Assembly: GCA_963731655.1 (NCBI GenBank)
Contig: CAVSWL010000005.1
Span: 361,862-425,861, forward strand
Length of the DNA: 64,000 nucleotides
Source of the DNA: an uncultured Gammaproteobacteria bacterium
Lineage (GTDB): Bacteria > Pseudomonadota > Gammaproteobacteria > JAAEPA01
Reading direction: 5' to 3'
Position 1 is the stretch's first letter, and each line of letters begins with the position of its first letter. The position numbers and the translations under genes were made by a program. The notes under the pieces are model-generated. The model was not told the DNA's origin, ran no database searches, and was given only the letters and a program-made list of their open reading frames with translations. Shown here piece after piece: positions 41,357 to 51,593 of this stretch.

Positions 41357-42466
41357 ATGCATGCGCGCGTAAGTGATACGGAGACAGGCATCAAGTCCGT
41401 TAGGGCGGACGTTTATACGATCCCAACCGAGATGCCGGAGTCGGATGGAACCTTGACATGGGATTCAACGACACTGGTGGTGGTGGAGATTGTCGCCGGC
41501 GGCAGCACCGGCACAGGCTTCACCTACGCACACGCTTGTACGGCGCAACTGATCCGTGATCTGCTTGCCGAGCAGGTCTGTGGCCGGGATGCCCTGGATA
41601 TCTCCGGCTGCTGGCGGGCTATGATTGAAGCCATCCGCAATCTCGGTCGCCCAGGCATCTGTTCCATGGCAATCGCGGCGGTCGACATCGCGCTGTGGGA
41701 CCTGAAAGGCAAACTGCTCGGTCAGCCGGTCGTGAAACTACTGGGTGCCGTACGTCCGCGGGTGCCCGCCTATGGCAGCGGCGGCTTTACCTCGTATTCG
41801 CTTGAACAGCTTGAAGATCAGCTTAGCGGTTGGGCCGCGCAGGGTTTCCAGCGGGTCAAGATGAAAATTGCCCGACACCCCGAACAGGATGCCGAACGCA
41901 TTCGCCGCGCGCGCGATGCCATCGGTGAGGAGCCCGAACTGTTCGTGGATGCCAACGGTGGCTACCAGCGCAAACAGGCGTTGAGCTGGATGCCGCGATT
42001 GCAGGAACAAGGCGTGACCTGGTTCGAGGAACCGGTCTCTTCGGATGATCTCGATGGCTTACGGTTGCTGCGCGACCATGGGCCGGGCGGAATAAGTATT
42101 AGCGCTGGCGAATACGGCTACCATACCCCATATTTCCAGCACATGCTGCAGGCCGGATCGGTTGATGTGCTGCAGGCGGATGCCACCCGCTGCAGTGGTA
42201 TTACCGGCTTGCTGGAGGTCGCCGCGTTGTGCGAGGCGTTCCAAGTGCCTCTGTCGACCCATACCGCGCCGAGTGTTCATCTGCATCCGGCTTGCGCGCT
42301 CAGGCCGGTGCGCCATATCGAATGGTTTCACGATCATGTGCGTATCGAGCAGTTATTGTTTGATGGCGCGCCCGAAACGGTCGACGGCCAAGTGGAGCCG
42401 GATATGTCGCGCCCGGGACTGGGATTGTCATTCAGGCGCAAGGAGGCTGAACGCTATGCGGCGTGA
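41357..42466 (+). CDS. Enolase-superfamily enzyme, mandelate racemase/muconate lactonizing enzyme (MR/MLE) family
   Basis: 369 aa. N-terminal capping domain. Barrel domain with KxK-like (RVKMKIARHP) and metal-ligand D/E/D positions (FVDANGGY, FEEPV, ISAGE). GAGGAG RBS. Confidence 0.8.
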   Translation: MHARVSDTETGIKSVRADVYTIPTEMPESDGTLTWDSTTLVVVEIVAGGSTGTGFTYAHACTAQLIRDLLAEQVCGRDALDISGCWRAMIEAIRNLGRPGICSMAIAAVDIALWDLKGKLLGQPVVKLLGAVRPRVPAYGSGGFTSYSLEQLEDQLSGWAAQGFQRVKMKIARHPEQDAERIRRARDAIGEEPELFVDANGGYQRKQALSWMPRLQEQGVTWFEEPVSSDDLDGLRLLRDHGPGGISISAGEYGYHTPYFQHMLQAGSVDVLQADATRCSGITGLLEVAALCEAFQVPLSTHTAPSVHLHPACALRPVRHIEWFHDHVRIEQLLFDGAPETVDGQVEPDMSRPGLGLSFRRKEAERYAA

Positions 42467-45395
42467 GTCCATGGTCTGGGGCCGCAGCCAAGCGGTTGGG
42501 AAGCCTCCCGCAGCCGTTCCAGGCACACATGAACGCCTTGCGCAGGAGCTCAGCGAACGCGTGCGGGGGGAGGTCTATTTCGATACCGGAACGCGCGCAT
42601 TGTATTCCACGGATGCCTCTAATTATCGTCAGGTTCCAATTGGGGTGGTCGTGCCGCGTCAGACCGATGATGTTGTCGCCACCGTGGCCGCCTGCCACCG
42701 CCATGGCGTACCGGTACTTTCGCGCGGCGGAGGCACCAGTCTTGCCGGTCAGTGCTGCAATATCGCCGTGATTATGGACATGAGCAAATACCTGAACCGG
42801 ATCATCGAAATTGATCCGCAGCGACGGCTGGCACGGGTGCAGCCCGGTGTGGTGCTGGACGATCTGCGCCATGCCGCGCAGGCCCACGGACTGACCTTCG
42901 CGCCGGATCCGTCCACTCATGACCACAATACCCTCGGCGGCATGATCGGAAACAATTCCTGCGGCGTGCACTCGATCATGGGGGGGCGTACCTCCGACAA
43001 CATCCACGAGCTCGACATTCTGCTCTATGACGGCACACGCCTGCGTGTCGGCGAGACAGACGCTAAATCGTTGTCCGCGATCATCGCCGCTGGCGGACGG
43101 CGCGGCGAGATCTATGCCAAGCTCAAGGCATTGCGTGACCGCTATGCCGACGAGATACGGCAGCGCTACCCCGATATTCCGCGTCGGGTGTCCGGCTACA
43201 ATCTCGACGATTTGCTGCCGGAACAAGGCTTTCACGTCGCCCGCGCCCTAGTCGGCTCAGAATCTACCTGCGTGACCGTCCTCGAGGCCACGGTACGCCT
43301 GATCCCTAATCCGCCCGAGCGGGTCCTGCTGGTGCTCGGCTATGCGGATATCTACTGTGCCGGTGACCATGTCCCCGCGATCATGCAGCACGGTCCCATC
43401 GGGCTGGAAGGCATCGATCTTGGGCTGGTCAAGGACATGAAGAAGGTCAACCTGCATACTGAGGATCTGAAGTATCTGCCCAAAGGCGAGGGTTGGCTGA
43501 TCGTGGAATTCGGCGATACCACGGCGGAACGGGCCGAACAGCACGCCCGGCAGGTAATGGAAGCGCTGAAACAGGAACCGGAAGCACCCTCTATGTACCT
43601 TTTCCCCGACGCACAACAGCAACAACGCATTTGGGAAGTCCGAGAATCGGCGCTTGGCGCCACTGCCCATGTTCCCGGGGCGCCGTTAACCTGGCCCGGC
43701 TGGGAAGATTCTGCGGTGCCGCCAGAGCGCGTCGGAAGCTATCTGCGTGATCTGCGCAAACTCTTCGATCGATACGGCTATAACTGCGACCTGTATGGGC
43801 ATTTTGGCCAGGGCTGTATCCACACGCGCATCGATTTCAAACTCGACAGCGCGGAGGGTATCCGCACCTACCGTGAATTTATCGGTGCAGCCGCGGATCT
43901 CGTGTTGTTCTATGGCGGCTCGCTGTCCGGAGAACACGGCGATGGACAGACCCGCGGCGAATTGTTACCGCGCATGTATGGCGAGCGGCTGATGCAGGCG
44001 TTTCGTGAATTCAAACGCATCTGGGACCCGGACGGTAAAATGAATCCCGGCAAAGTTGTCGACGCCGATCCGTTCGACCGGCACCTGCGTCTCGGCGAAC
44101 GCTTTCATTCGCCCTCGCTCGAAACCGTGTTCCGTTTCCCCTCAGATGAAAACAGTTTTGCGCGCGCCACACTACGCTGTGTCGGTGTCGGCAAGTGCCG
44201 GCGCCATCGAGGCGGCATCATGTGTCCCAGCTATCGGGCCACCCGCGACGAACGCCACTCCACCCGCGGTCGCGCACGGCTGCTTTTCGAGATGTTACAG
44301 GGCGATGTCATCACCGAGCGCTGGCGCAGCAAGGCGGTACACGAGGCGCTTGACCTGTGCCTGGCCTGCAAGGGATGCAAGGGCGACTGCCCGGTCGACG
44401 TCGACATGGCCACATACAAGGCGGAATTCCTGCACCATTATTACCGGGGCCGGCTGCGCCCCCGCCAGGCGTATGCCTTCGGCTTGATCAATGTGTGGGC
44501 ACGCTACGCCGCCTATGCGCCCCGGCTGGTGAACCGGGTGACATCAGGGAAGGTGCTGGGCGGTCTCGCCAAAGCTATCGCCGGGATGCCCCAGGAACGC
44601 TCCGTTCCGCAGTTCGCGTCGCAGACCTTCAAGCACTGGTTTCTCAACCGCACGCCGCAACGCCGCAAAGGACGATCCGTCATTCTATGGGCGGATACCT
44701 TTACCAACCATTTTCATCCGCATATTGCCTGTGCCGCGGTCAAAGTACTCGAGGCCGCCGGATTCGATGTGCGGGTCCCGCGTGAACCCTTGTGCTGCGG
44801 GCGTCCGCTGTACGACTTCGGCATGCTCAAACGCGCCCGTTCCTACCTGTTACGTATCCTGCGTACACTCCATGAAGTAATCGACGAGGGCGTGCCTATC
44901 GTCGGACTAGAGCCGAGTTGCGTTTCGGTTTTTCGCGACGAATTGCCGAATCTGTTTCCCGACCACGATCTCGCCCAACGCCTCAAACGGCAGACTCATA
45001 CTCTGGCCGAATTTTTGCGGCATGAAACGCAATGGGCCGCGCCTAAGTTGCACCGCAAGGCGTTGGTGCAGACCCATTGCCACCACGCCTCGGTATTAGA
45101 CACACAGCCTGATCACCAGCTGCTCGATCAGATGGGGCTCGATTACGACTGGCTCGATGCCGGTTGCTGTGGCATGGGGGGAGCTTTCGGTTTCGAGCAC
45201 GACAAGTATCGGGTCAGCGTGGATGTCGGCGAACAGGCGCTGCTGCCCGCAGTACGTGCTGCGCGGTCCGACACCCTGCTGATTGCGGACGGTTTCAGCT
45301 GTCGCACACAGATTGCCCAAACAACCGGCCGCGAGGCGTTGCATCTCGCAGAGGTCATTGCTCTGGGCTTGGAGCAATCCGATGCGAAAACCTGA
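42454..45395 (+). CDS. FAD-binding oxidase fused to C-terminal Fe-S/CCG domains (GlcD-GlcF fusion, YdiJ-like D-2-hydroxyacid dehydrogenase family)
   Basis: About 980 aa from ATG 42454 (the track ORF has a spurious 5' extension overlapping the MR/MLE gene). FAD_binding_4 region (VVVPRQTDDVVATVAACHRHGVPVLSRGGGTSLAGQ). 4Fe-4S motif CxxCxxCxxxCP (CLACKGCKGDCP). Two CCG-type cysteine clusters near the C-terminus. Confidence 0.8.
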
Positions 45396-45416
45396 AACGA
45401 CATTTAGGAGGCTATC

Positions 45417-46451
45417 ATGAGCAGCGCATTTGGCGAAGTCGTTGTGATCACTGGCGCGTCGGCCGGTGTGGGTCGTGCCACTACCCGCGCCTTTGCCCGG
45501 CGTGGCGCCTGTATCGGCCTGCTGAGCCGCGGGCGGGCAGCGCTGGAGGCGACGGCGGCAGAGGTGGAAACGCTGGGAGGCAAGGCGCTTGTAGTGCCCA
45601 CTGATGTCGCCGCGGCGGACCAGGTCGAGGCGGCTGCGGCTGCCGTGGAAGAAGCTTTCGGACCGATCGATATCTGGATCAACAATGCCATGACGACGGT
45701 ATTCTCACCGGTGAGCGAGATCACACCCGAGGAATATCGCCGAGTGACCGAGGTAACGTACCTGGGTGCCGTGTGGGGCACCATGGCCGCGCTGCAGCGC
45801 ATGCGCGAACGCAATCGTGGTGTCATCGTCCAGGTCAGCTCCGCACTGGCCTACCGCGCCATCCCCTTGCAAGGAGCCTATAGTGGTGCCAAGCATGCGT
45901 TGCGGGGGTTCACTTCCTCGCTACGCAGCGAGCTGCGACACGAAAACAATCACATTCATGTCACAATGGTGCATATGCCAGCCTTGAACACTCCCCAATT
46001 CGAATGGGGGCGTACGCATATGTCACATCAGCCGCAACCGGTGCCGCCGATCTTTCAGCCGGAGGTTGCCGCTGACGCGGTTTACTGGGCGGCACACCAT
46101 CGTCGCCGCGATCTGTTCGTCGGTTTCCCCTCGCTGCTAACGGTGTGGGTTAATCGCATCGCCCCGGGCCTTGTCGACCGTTATCTGGCTCGCACCGCGT
46201 ACAAGTCGCAGTCTACGGATCAACCGGTTGATCCACAGCGCACTGATAATCTGTGGGCTCCAGTAGCCGGCGATCATGGTGCCCACGGTAAATTCAACCA
46301 TGTTGCCCTGGACCACAGCTTCCAGCAATGGGTTAGCCGGAATCGCGACTGGATCACGCGCGCCGGCGCGCTTGCGGGAGGGTGGGCATTAAACCGCAGA
46401 CGCAATAACAACCACGATCGGCAGTCCGTGCGCCGTCGGCTTAATGACTAA
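45417..46451 (+). CDS. Short-chain dehydrogenase/reductase (SDR) family oxidoreductase
   Basis: TGASAGVG Rossmann motif, NNAM, catalytic YSGAK. 344 aa with C-terminal extension. Confidence 0.85.
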   Translation: MSSAFGEVVVITGASAGVGRATTRAFARRGACIGLLSRGRAALEATAAEVETLGGKALVVPTDVAAADQVEAAAAAVEEAFGPIDIWINNAMTTVFSPVSEITPEEYRRVTEVTYLGAVWGTMAALQRMRERNRGVIVQVSSALAYRAIPLQGAYSGAKHALRGFTSSLRSELRHENNHIHVTMVHMPALNTPQFEWGRTHMSHQPQPVPPIFQPEVAADAVYWAAHHRRRDLFVGFPSLLTVWVNRIAPGLVDRYLARTAYKSQSTDQPVDPQRTDNLWAPVAGDHGAHGKFNHVALDHSFQQWVSRNRDWITRAGALAGGWALNRRRNNNHDRQSVRRRLND

Positions 46452-46484
46452 TGCCAATCGTAGTTTTACAAGAGGACTACACGT

Positions 46485-46856
46485 ATGCAGCCTATTGGAT
46501 CAAAACTTTGGGCCATTGCGGAAGGCTATATCCCGGGTTGGAGCGAGGGGCCGCAACCGCTGATGACCGGACACGAAACCGCATGTATTCTGAATACGAG
46601 CGAGAACGATGCTCATATCGAGTTCATACTTTATTTTTCCAACCGAGATCCGGTTGGACCCTACAAGGTGACTGTGCCGGCTCGTCGCACCCGGCATATC
46701 CGCTTCAATGATTTGCTGGACCCTGAACCCGTTCCTAGGGAGACAGACTATGCCGTCGTAATAACGGCGGATGTCCCAATCGTGGTTCAGCATACGCGGC
46801 TGGACTCGCGTCAGGCTGAACTGGCGTTACTTAGCACCTTGCCGTACGCAGGGTAA
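46485..46856 (+). CDS. ASRT-like (sensory-rhodopsin-transducer family) small beta-sandwich protein
   Basis: 123 aa. WAIAEGYIP...HETACILN...DAHIEFILYFSNRDPVGPYKVTVPARRTRHIRFNDL...VPIVVQHTRLDSRQAELALLST matches my recollection of the Anabaena ASRT fold/family almost block for block. No rhodopsin gene in the window. Confidence 0.55.
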   Translation: MQPIGSKLWAIAEGYIPGWSEGPQPLMTGHETACILNTSENDAHIEFILYFSNRDPVGPYKVTVPARRTRHIRFNDLLDPEPVPRETDYAVVITADVPIVVQHTRLDSRQAELALLSTLPYAG

Positions 46857-46867
46857 GGACCGTAGGA

Positions 46868-48157
46868 GTGTCTATGAACCACATGCCACATGAGACTTGG
46901 CCAGAGAATACGCTATCGTTGCTGCGGGACCCTTATCGGTTCATCTCACGCCGCTGCCACGCTCATCAAGGCGATGCTTTTGAAACCCGCTTGATGCTGG
47001 AAAAGACCATCTGCATGACAGGTAGGGAGGCGGCGGAATTGTTTTACGATAACGAACGCTTTGTGCGCCACGCCGCCGCGCCGCTACCGGTGATGAAGAC
47101 CTTGTTTGGGCTTGGCGGCATCCAGGGGCTGGACGGTGACAGCCACCACCGGCGTAAGCAGATGTTCATGTCATTGATGGAGCCTTTGGCTATTACCCGC
47201 TTAGCAGACCTACTGACGAACTATTTGAACGTCTACGCGCGCCGGTGGTCTTCGATGAAACGGGTCGTCATCTACGACCAGCTGCATGAAATACTGGCAC
47301 GCGCGGCATGTGATTGGGCCGGCGTACCCCTGCCTAACTCAGAGGTTGCGCGCAGAACTCGGCAACTAAAGACGCTGTTCGATGATGCTGGCTCGAAAAG
47401 CTTAAAGCACTGGGGTGCACGCCTTGCGCGACATCAGGCCGAGCATTGGATAGCGATGCTGATTGAGGAGATACGCGCTGGGCGTATCAAACCGTACACT
47501 GGGAGCGCGGCCGCTGTGATCGCCTCCCATACGGATTCGGACGGCAGCCTGCTGGACACACATACCGCCGCAGTGGAACTACTCAACGTATTGCGTCCGA
47601 TCGTGGCGATCTCGGTGTACATCACATTTATCGTTCTGGCACTGTATCGGTATCCGGACTGCCGCAAAAGATTTCTTCTAGGGAACGATAGCCACTATGC
47701 GCTCTGGTTCGTCCAGGAGGTACGACGTTATTATCCTTTCTTTCCGATGGTCGCCGCACGGGTGCGCGATGAGTTTAAGTGGCACGACTATACCTTCCCA
47801 AAAGGACGCAGGGTCTTGCTGGATCTTTTCGGCACCAATCATGATGCGCGCTGCTGGGGCGATCCGGAAGTCTTTAGGCCTGAACGGTTCTCGCAAGGGC
47901 GGCAGGATGCCTTCGGTTTCATCCCGCAGGGTGGTGGCGACTACTACCAAAATCACCGATGTCCAGGCGAATCCATCGTAATAAGCCTTATGGAGAGAGC
48001 GTTGGACTTTTTTTCCCGCCGCGTGCTATACCAGATTCCCGACCAGGACCTACGCGTGGACTTCCGGCGTATGCCAGCGCTACCGCGCAGCCGCTTAGTG
48101 ATTGGGAACGTCCAGGTGGTCGAGAACGAAATGACGGATGTTGCCGCCTTTCAATAA
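46868..48157 (+). CDS. Cytochrome P450, CYP152 peroxygenase family (fatty-acid alpha/beta-hydroxylase / decarboxylase type)
   Basis: 429 aa. Heme-binding HRCPGE near the C-terminus. N-terminal FGLGGIQGLDGDSHHRRKQMF characteristic of CYP152 peroxygenases (Arg in substrate-carboxylate position; no redox-partner dependence). AGGAG RBS. Confidence 0.8.
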   Translation: MSMNHMPHETWPENTLSLLRDPYRFISRRCHAHQGDAFETRLMLEKTICMTGREAAELFYDNERFVRHAAAPLPVMKTLFGLGGIQGLDGDSHHRRKQMFMSLMEPLAITRLADLLTNYLNVYARRWSSMKRVVIYDQLHEILARAACDWAGVPLPNSEVARRTRQLKTLFDDAGSKSLKHWGARLARHQAEHWIAMLIEEIRAGRIKPYTGSAAAVIASHTDSDGSLLDTHTAAVELLNVLRPIVAISVYITFIVLALYRYPDCRKRFLLGNDSHYALWFVQEVRRYYPFFPMVAARVRDEFKWHDYTFPKGRRVLLDLFGTNHDARCWGDPEVFRPERFSQGRQDAFGFIPQGGGDYYQNHRCPGESIVISLMERALDFFSRRVLYQIPDQDLRVDFRRMPALPRSRLVIGNVQVVENEMTDVAAFQ

Positions 48158-48291
48158 CGCAGACACCGCTGGTGTGCCGGACGACAGAGAGAGCGGATTC
48201 TGCCCACCCAAGCATAGGTTTGCAGTCAATCAAAGGTATATTACGCGGCGTTGACGCCTAACGCGGCTACCCTCGCCGGCTCTGTTTCTCA

Positions 48292-49308
48292 TCAATTTCC
48301 CTGTTGTTTGGCGTTATTGCAATGATCGCTTTCTAAAGCGGTCCCTATGCTTGACGCCGCGCCTCTCAATGCCTTCGCCTCAATGAAGATGTGGATCACG
48401 CCGGCATATTTGTTGCGGATTTGAGTCTCCAGCCGGTTGATGGCGGCAGCGATCTGCGGCATTGTCATTTCGGAGCGGAATTCCACTTCAAGATTTAGCA
48501 GGATTTCCTGAGGTCCCAGATGCATAGTCAACGGATGATTGATGCAAGTCACGCTATCGTCCTTCTGGGCGATTTCGTGTATATCATTTACGATTTGTGT
48601 ATCAGCCCGTTCTCCCAGTAACAGCCCCTTAGTCTCCACTACGAGAAAAATCGCCACCACCATAAGGATCCCGCCGATAATAATGGAAGCGAGGCCGTCG
48701 GGAATCGAACTGTCCCACCGGTGGCCGAGAAAGACTCCAAGAAAAGCAACGGCTACGCCGAGCAAGGCGGCGGAGTCCTCTCCAAGTACGGTATAGACGG
48801 AAACGTCCTTGCTCGCCCGAACCGCGCGCCAAAGGCTCTGGTTTTTGTGTTTGCCTGACAATAGTTCCTTCAATGCGATTGACCATGACGTTCCTTCGAA
48901 TACGAACGCGATGCCGAGCACTGCGTAATTCCAGACCACATCCTCGAGCTTATGCGGGTGCACAAGATGTATCACACCTTCGTAAATGGACACAGCCCCG
49001 CCAAAAGTAAACAGCAGCATGGCCACAATCAGTCCCCAAAAATACAACTCCTGCCCATAGCCGAACGGATGTTGGTGATCGGCGGGTTTGCGGCTGCGGT
49101 TCATACCGTGCAACAGTAACAACTGGTTTCCGGTGTCGACCACAGAGTGCACGCCTTCAGACAGTAAGGCGGAGCTGCCGGAAAAGAAAGCGGCTGTGAA
49201 CTTGCTTACGGCAATAGCCGCATTGGCCAGAATGGCGGCGTAAATAACTATCGGGCGTTCTCGGGCCTCAGGCATAGAGAGAGGTAATCCTATCGGAAAG
49301 CGCACCAT
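48292..49308 (-). CDS. Cation diffusion facilitator (CDF) family metal efflux transporter
   Basis: 6 TM + C-terminal cytoplasmic domain. Motifs SALLSEGVHSVVD and HxxxD sites (HDIHEIAQKDD). About 330 aa. Confidence 0.8.
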   Translation of the reverse strand: MVRFPIGLPLSMPEARERPIVIYAAILANAAIAVSKFTAAFFSGSSALLSEGVHSVVDTGNQLLLLHGMNRSRKPADHQHPFGYGQELYFWGLIVAMLLFTFGGAVSIYEGVIHLVHPHKLEDVVWNYAVLGIAFVFEGTSWSIALKELLSGKHKNQSLWRAVRASKDVSVYTVLGEDSAALLGVAVAFLGVFLGHRWDSSIPDGLASIIIGGILMVVAIFLVVETKGLLLGERADTQIVNDIHEIAQKDDSVTCINHPLTMHLGPQEILLNLEVEFRSEMTMPQIAAAINRLETQIRNKYAGVIHIFIEAKALRGAASSIGTALESDHCNNAKQQGN

Positions 49309-50451
49309 CCAATCGGGCTGTAGCCTGTCTTGGCTGCGCCACAGTGCAAGCTGCGGCCACCCACCTTATCCGCGACGGTGACACTCATGTTCTCGTTTTC
49401 ATTTTGGCTGCTGACGAACCTGCGGCCAGGTTGCACAAACACATCATAGAGTGCCACAGGATGTAATTGCTGAAACCTCGAGTAATTGCATGCACGTACC
49501 CACTCGACGTCAATCTGCCCGGCACAAGCAATCGTCTTAACTCATGATTGCCTAGTTTTTAATGTTTCAACCACCGATTCAACTGCTTGAACTATTCCTA
49601 TTGCTTGTCGATTTGCGTCGATGCAAAGTGTTTGACGTCAATACACTGTTACTCTACGCGCGACTGATCTTGCTGTCATTGCGATATCGCAATAGTTACC
49701 ACGGGCTATCAGCCGCCATGGGTTACATGGGCATCCGTTCAGGCGTTTCATGGTCTATGTTTGATTCTGCAAATACCGCCTCCAGGAAGCTGTAGACGTC
49801 AAACGCTGTCGGAACCAATACCACGATACGCTGCAACGACTTTCGATAAGGCTGTTGATGCGGAGTGTAGGCAGCGCGTCGCATCCGGAGGTGGTTTAGT
49901 CAACGACTTAGGAAACCGAACGATACTTAGAAATACCCTGCCATAGATTAGTTATTCTGAGATCAGACCTATGCCGGGATTGAGGAATCGCAATGCCCGT
50001 GCAGGATTATTTAGGAATAATAGCACAGGCCCTGTTGGTTTTACCCGCGCTCTGCAAAGCAGTCGCATGGGGCGGATCCAAAACAGCCCGCGGCCGCGCG
50101 CTTAGAGCTGTTCTTCTCTAGGCACACGGCCTCCGCAATGTGAATGCTCAGTGACGCGTTTTATCGTGGTCGAACTGCGCAGCCTAAAGGCAAGCATAGA
50201 CGTGGACGCGCAGCGGCTCGAGGCAATTCCTGAAGTGGGTGCCGGGATTGCTACATCTAACGAGCGGTTTTTCTCGCATAGAGCAAACCAGCAGGCACGG
50301 GCACAGACGAATTCTACCTAAGGTATTATTGGTGAAGGGACCCAACGTTTCCGTCGCTATGCCCAGCCAGTAGAGAATCCAAGATCAGTAATCACGGCAG
50401 CCCTTTTTATACAAAGGTAAGAATCGCAAGTGCTGTAGGAGAGGTAGTCTG

Positions 50452-51159
50452 ATGAGTGACTCCGGATCACGACAAGATTTGCAACCAGGCCGAACGGCTT
50501 TTCTGTTCGATCTGGACGGAACTTTAGTGGACAGCGTCTACCAACACGTGCTCGCTTGGCGAGAAGCACTGGTGGCGGTCGGGATCGAGCTCCCTGTTTG
50601 GAAGATCCATCGCAACATTGGAATGAGCGGCATATTGATGGCCAACGGGATACTCCGTGAAACCGGTCGGTCTGCAAACAACGATGAAGCGCAACGGTTA
50701 GCCGATCTTCACGTACGAGCCTATGAGCGATTTGCGGATAACGTACACCCACTTCCGGGAGCCTTACAGTTGCTGCGCCACCTGAGCGAGGCACAGGTGG
50801 CATGGGCAATCGCTACGAGCGGACGGCTTCAGAGCGCCGCTCCGGTGTTGCAAATGTTGGAGCTGCCGGTGGGTGCTACCGTAGTCACTCGCGATCAAGT
50901 CGCACATGCCAAGCCGGATCCTGATTTGTTTTTTGCTGCAGCCGAGCGCCTGGGTATCCCGATAAGGGATTCGGTGGTGGTGGGGGACAGCGTCTGGGAT
51001 TTGCTGGCCGCACGCCGCGCGCAGGCTCTCGGCGTAGGCCTGCTGTGTGGGGGCTATGGAAGGGATGAGTTAGCGCAGGCCGGAGCCTACCGCGTCTATG
51101 AGGATCCGCTGGATTTGCTGCAACATTTGGAAGAAGTAGGGATCCGAAACGCCTATTAA
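50452..51159 (+). CDS. HAD-superfamily hydrolase (subfamily IA phosphatase-like)
   Basis: Motif I FLFDLDGTLVDS. Motif III/IV VVVGDSVWDLLAA. 235 aa. Confidence 0.8.
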   Translation: MSDSGSRQDLQPGRTAFLFDLDGTLVDSVYQHVLAWREALVAVGIELPVWKIHRNIGMSGILMANGILRETGRSANNDEAQRLADLHVRAYERFADNVHPLPGALQLLRHLSEAQVAWAIATSGRLQSAAPVLQMLELPVGATVVTRDQVAHAKPDPDLFFAAAERLGIPIRDSVVVGDSVWDLLAARRAQALGVGLLCGGYGRDELAQAGAYRVYEDPLDLLQHLEEVGIRNAY

Positions 51160-51593
51160 TGGCTTGCCGCCCTACCCAGAGTTGCGTGCCCGACCGCTAA
51201 GAATCGGCTCCGCGGCGGCTAACGAGAACGCTTATTAAATGACCGGACTAAAAGAAAAATTCGGTGGTACCTCGCAAACAAGGCAAGTGACCGATGGACC
51301 GTCATTGCGAAAACGCAATGACGGTGCGCGGTGCTTTCAATAGTCTATTTTCAAACATCGAATTGTCCGATTTCCCTTTTGGCTCGCGGCGAGCACTATG
51401 GATTTAGGGAGTTTGAATGCAGCCTCTTGGCAAAGGGCGCCGATGTGAGGCGTACCCACCGGGTGTGTCGAGTGGACGTTGCAGAGATAGTGAATTGGCT
51501 AATTTGGGTATCGGTTGATTGCTGCACAGCACACAGTCGGCGGATCGATGTTTAGCGATGCAGCATTGACCCAAAGTGGGGGCGTTGCCTTAA

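Noticed and set aside
42162-42453. 5' extension of the FAD/Fe-S oxidase ORF overlapping the MR/MLE gene by about 300 nt
   Set aside because: The extension is out of phase with the well-supported MR/MLE coding frame. Conserved oxidase sequence begins only at ATG 42454, which overlaps the upstream stop as in a coupled operon.
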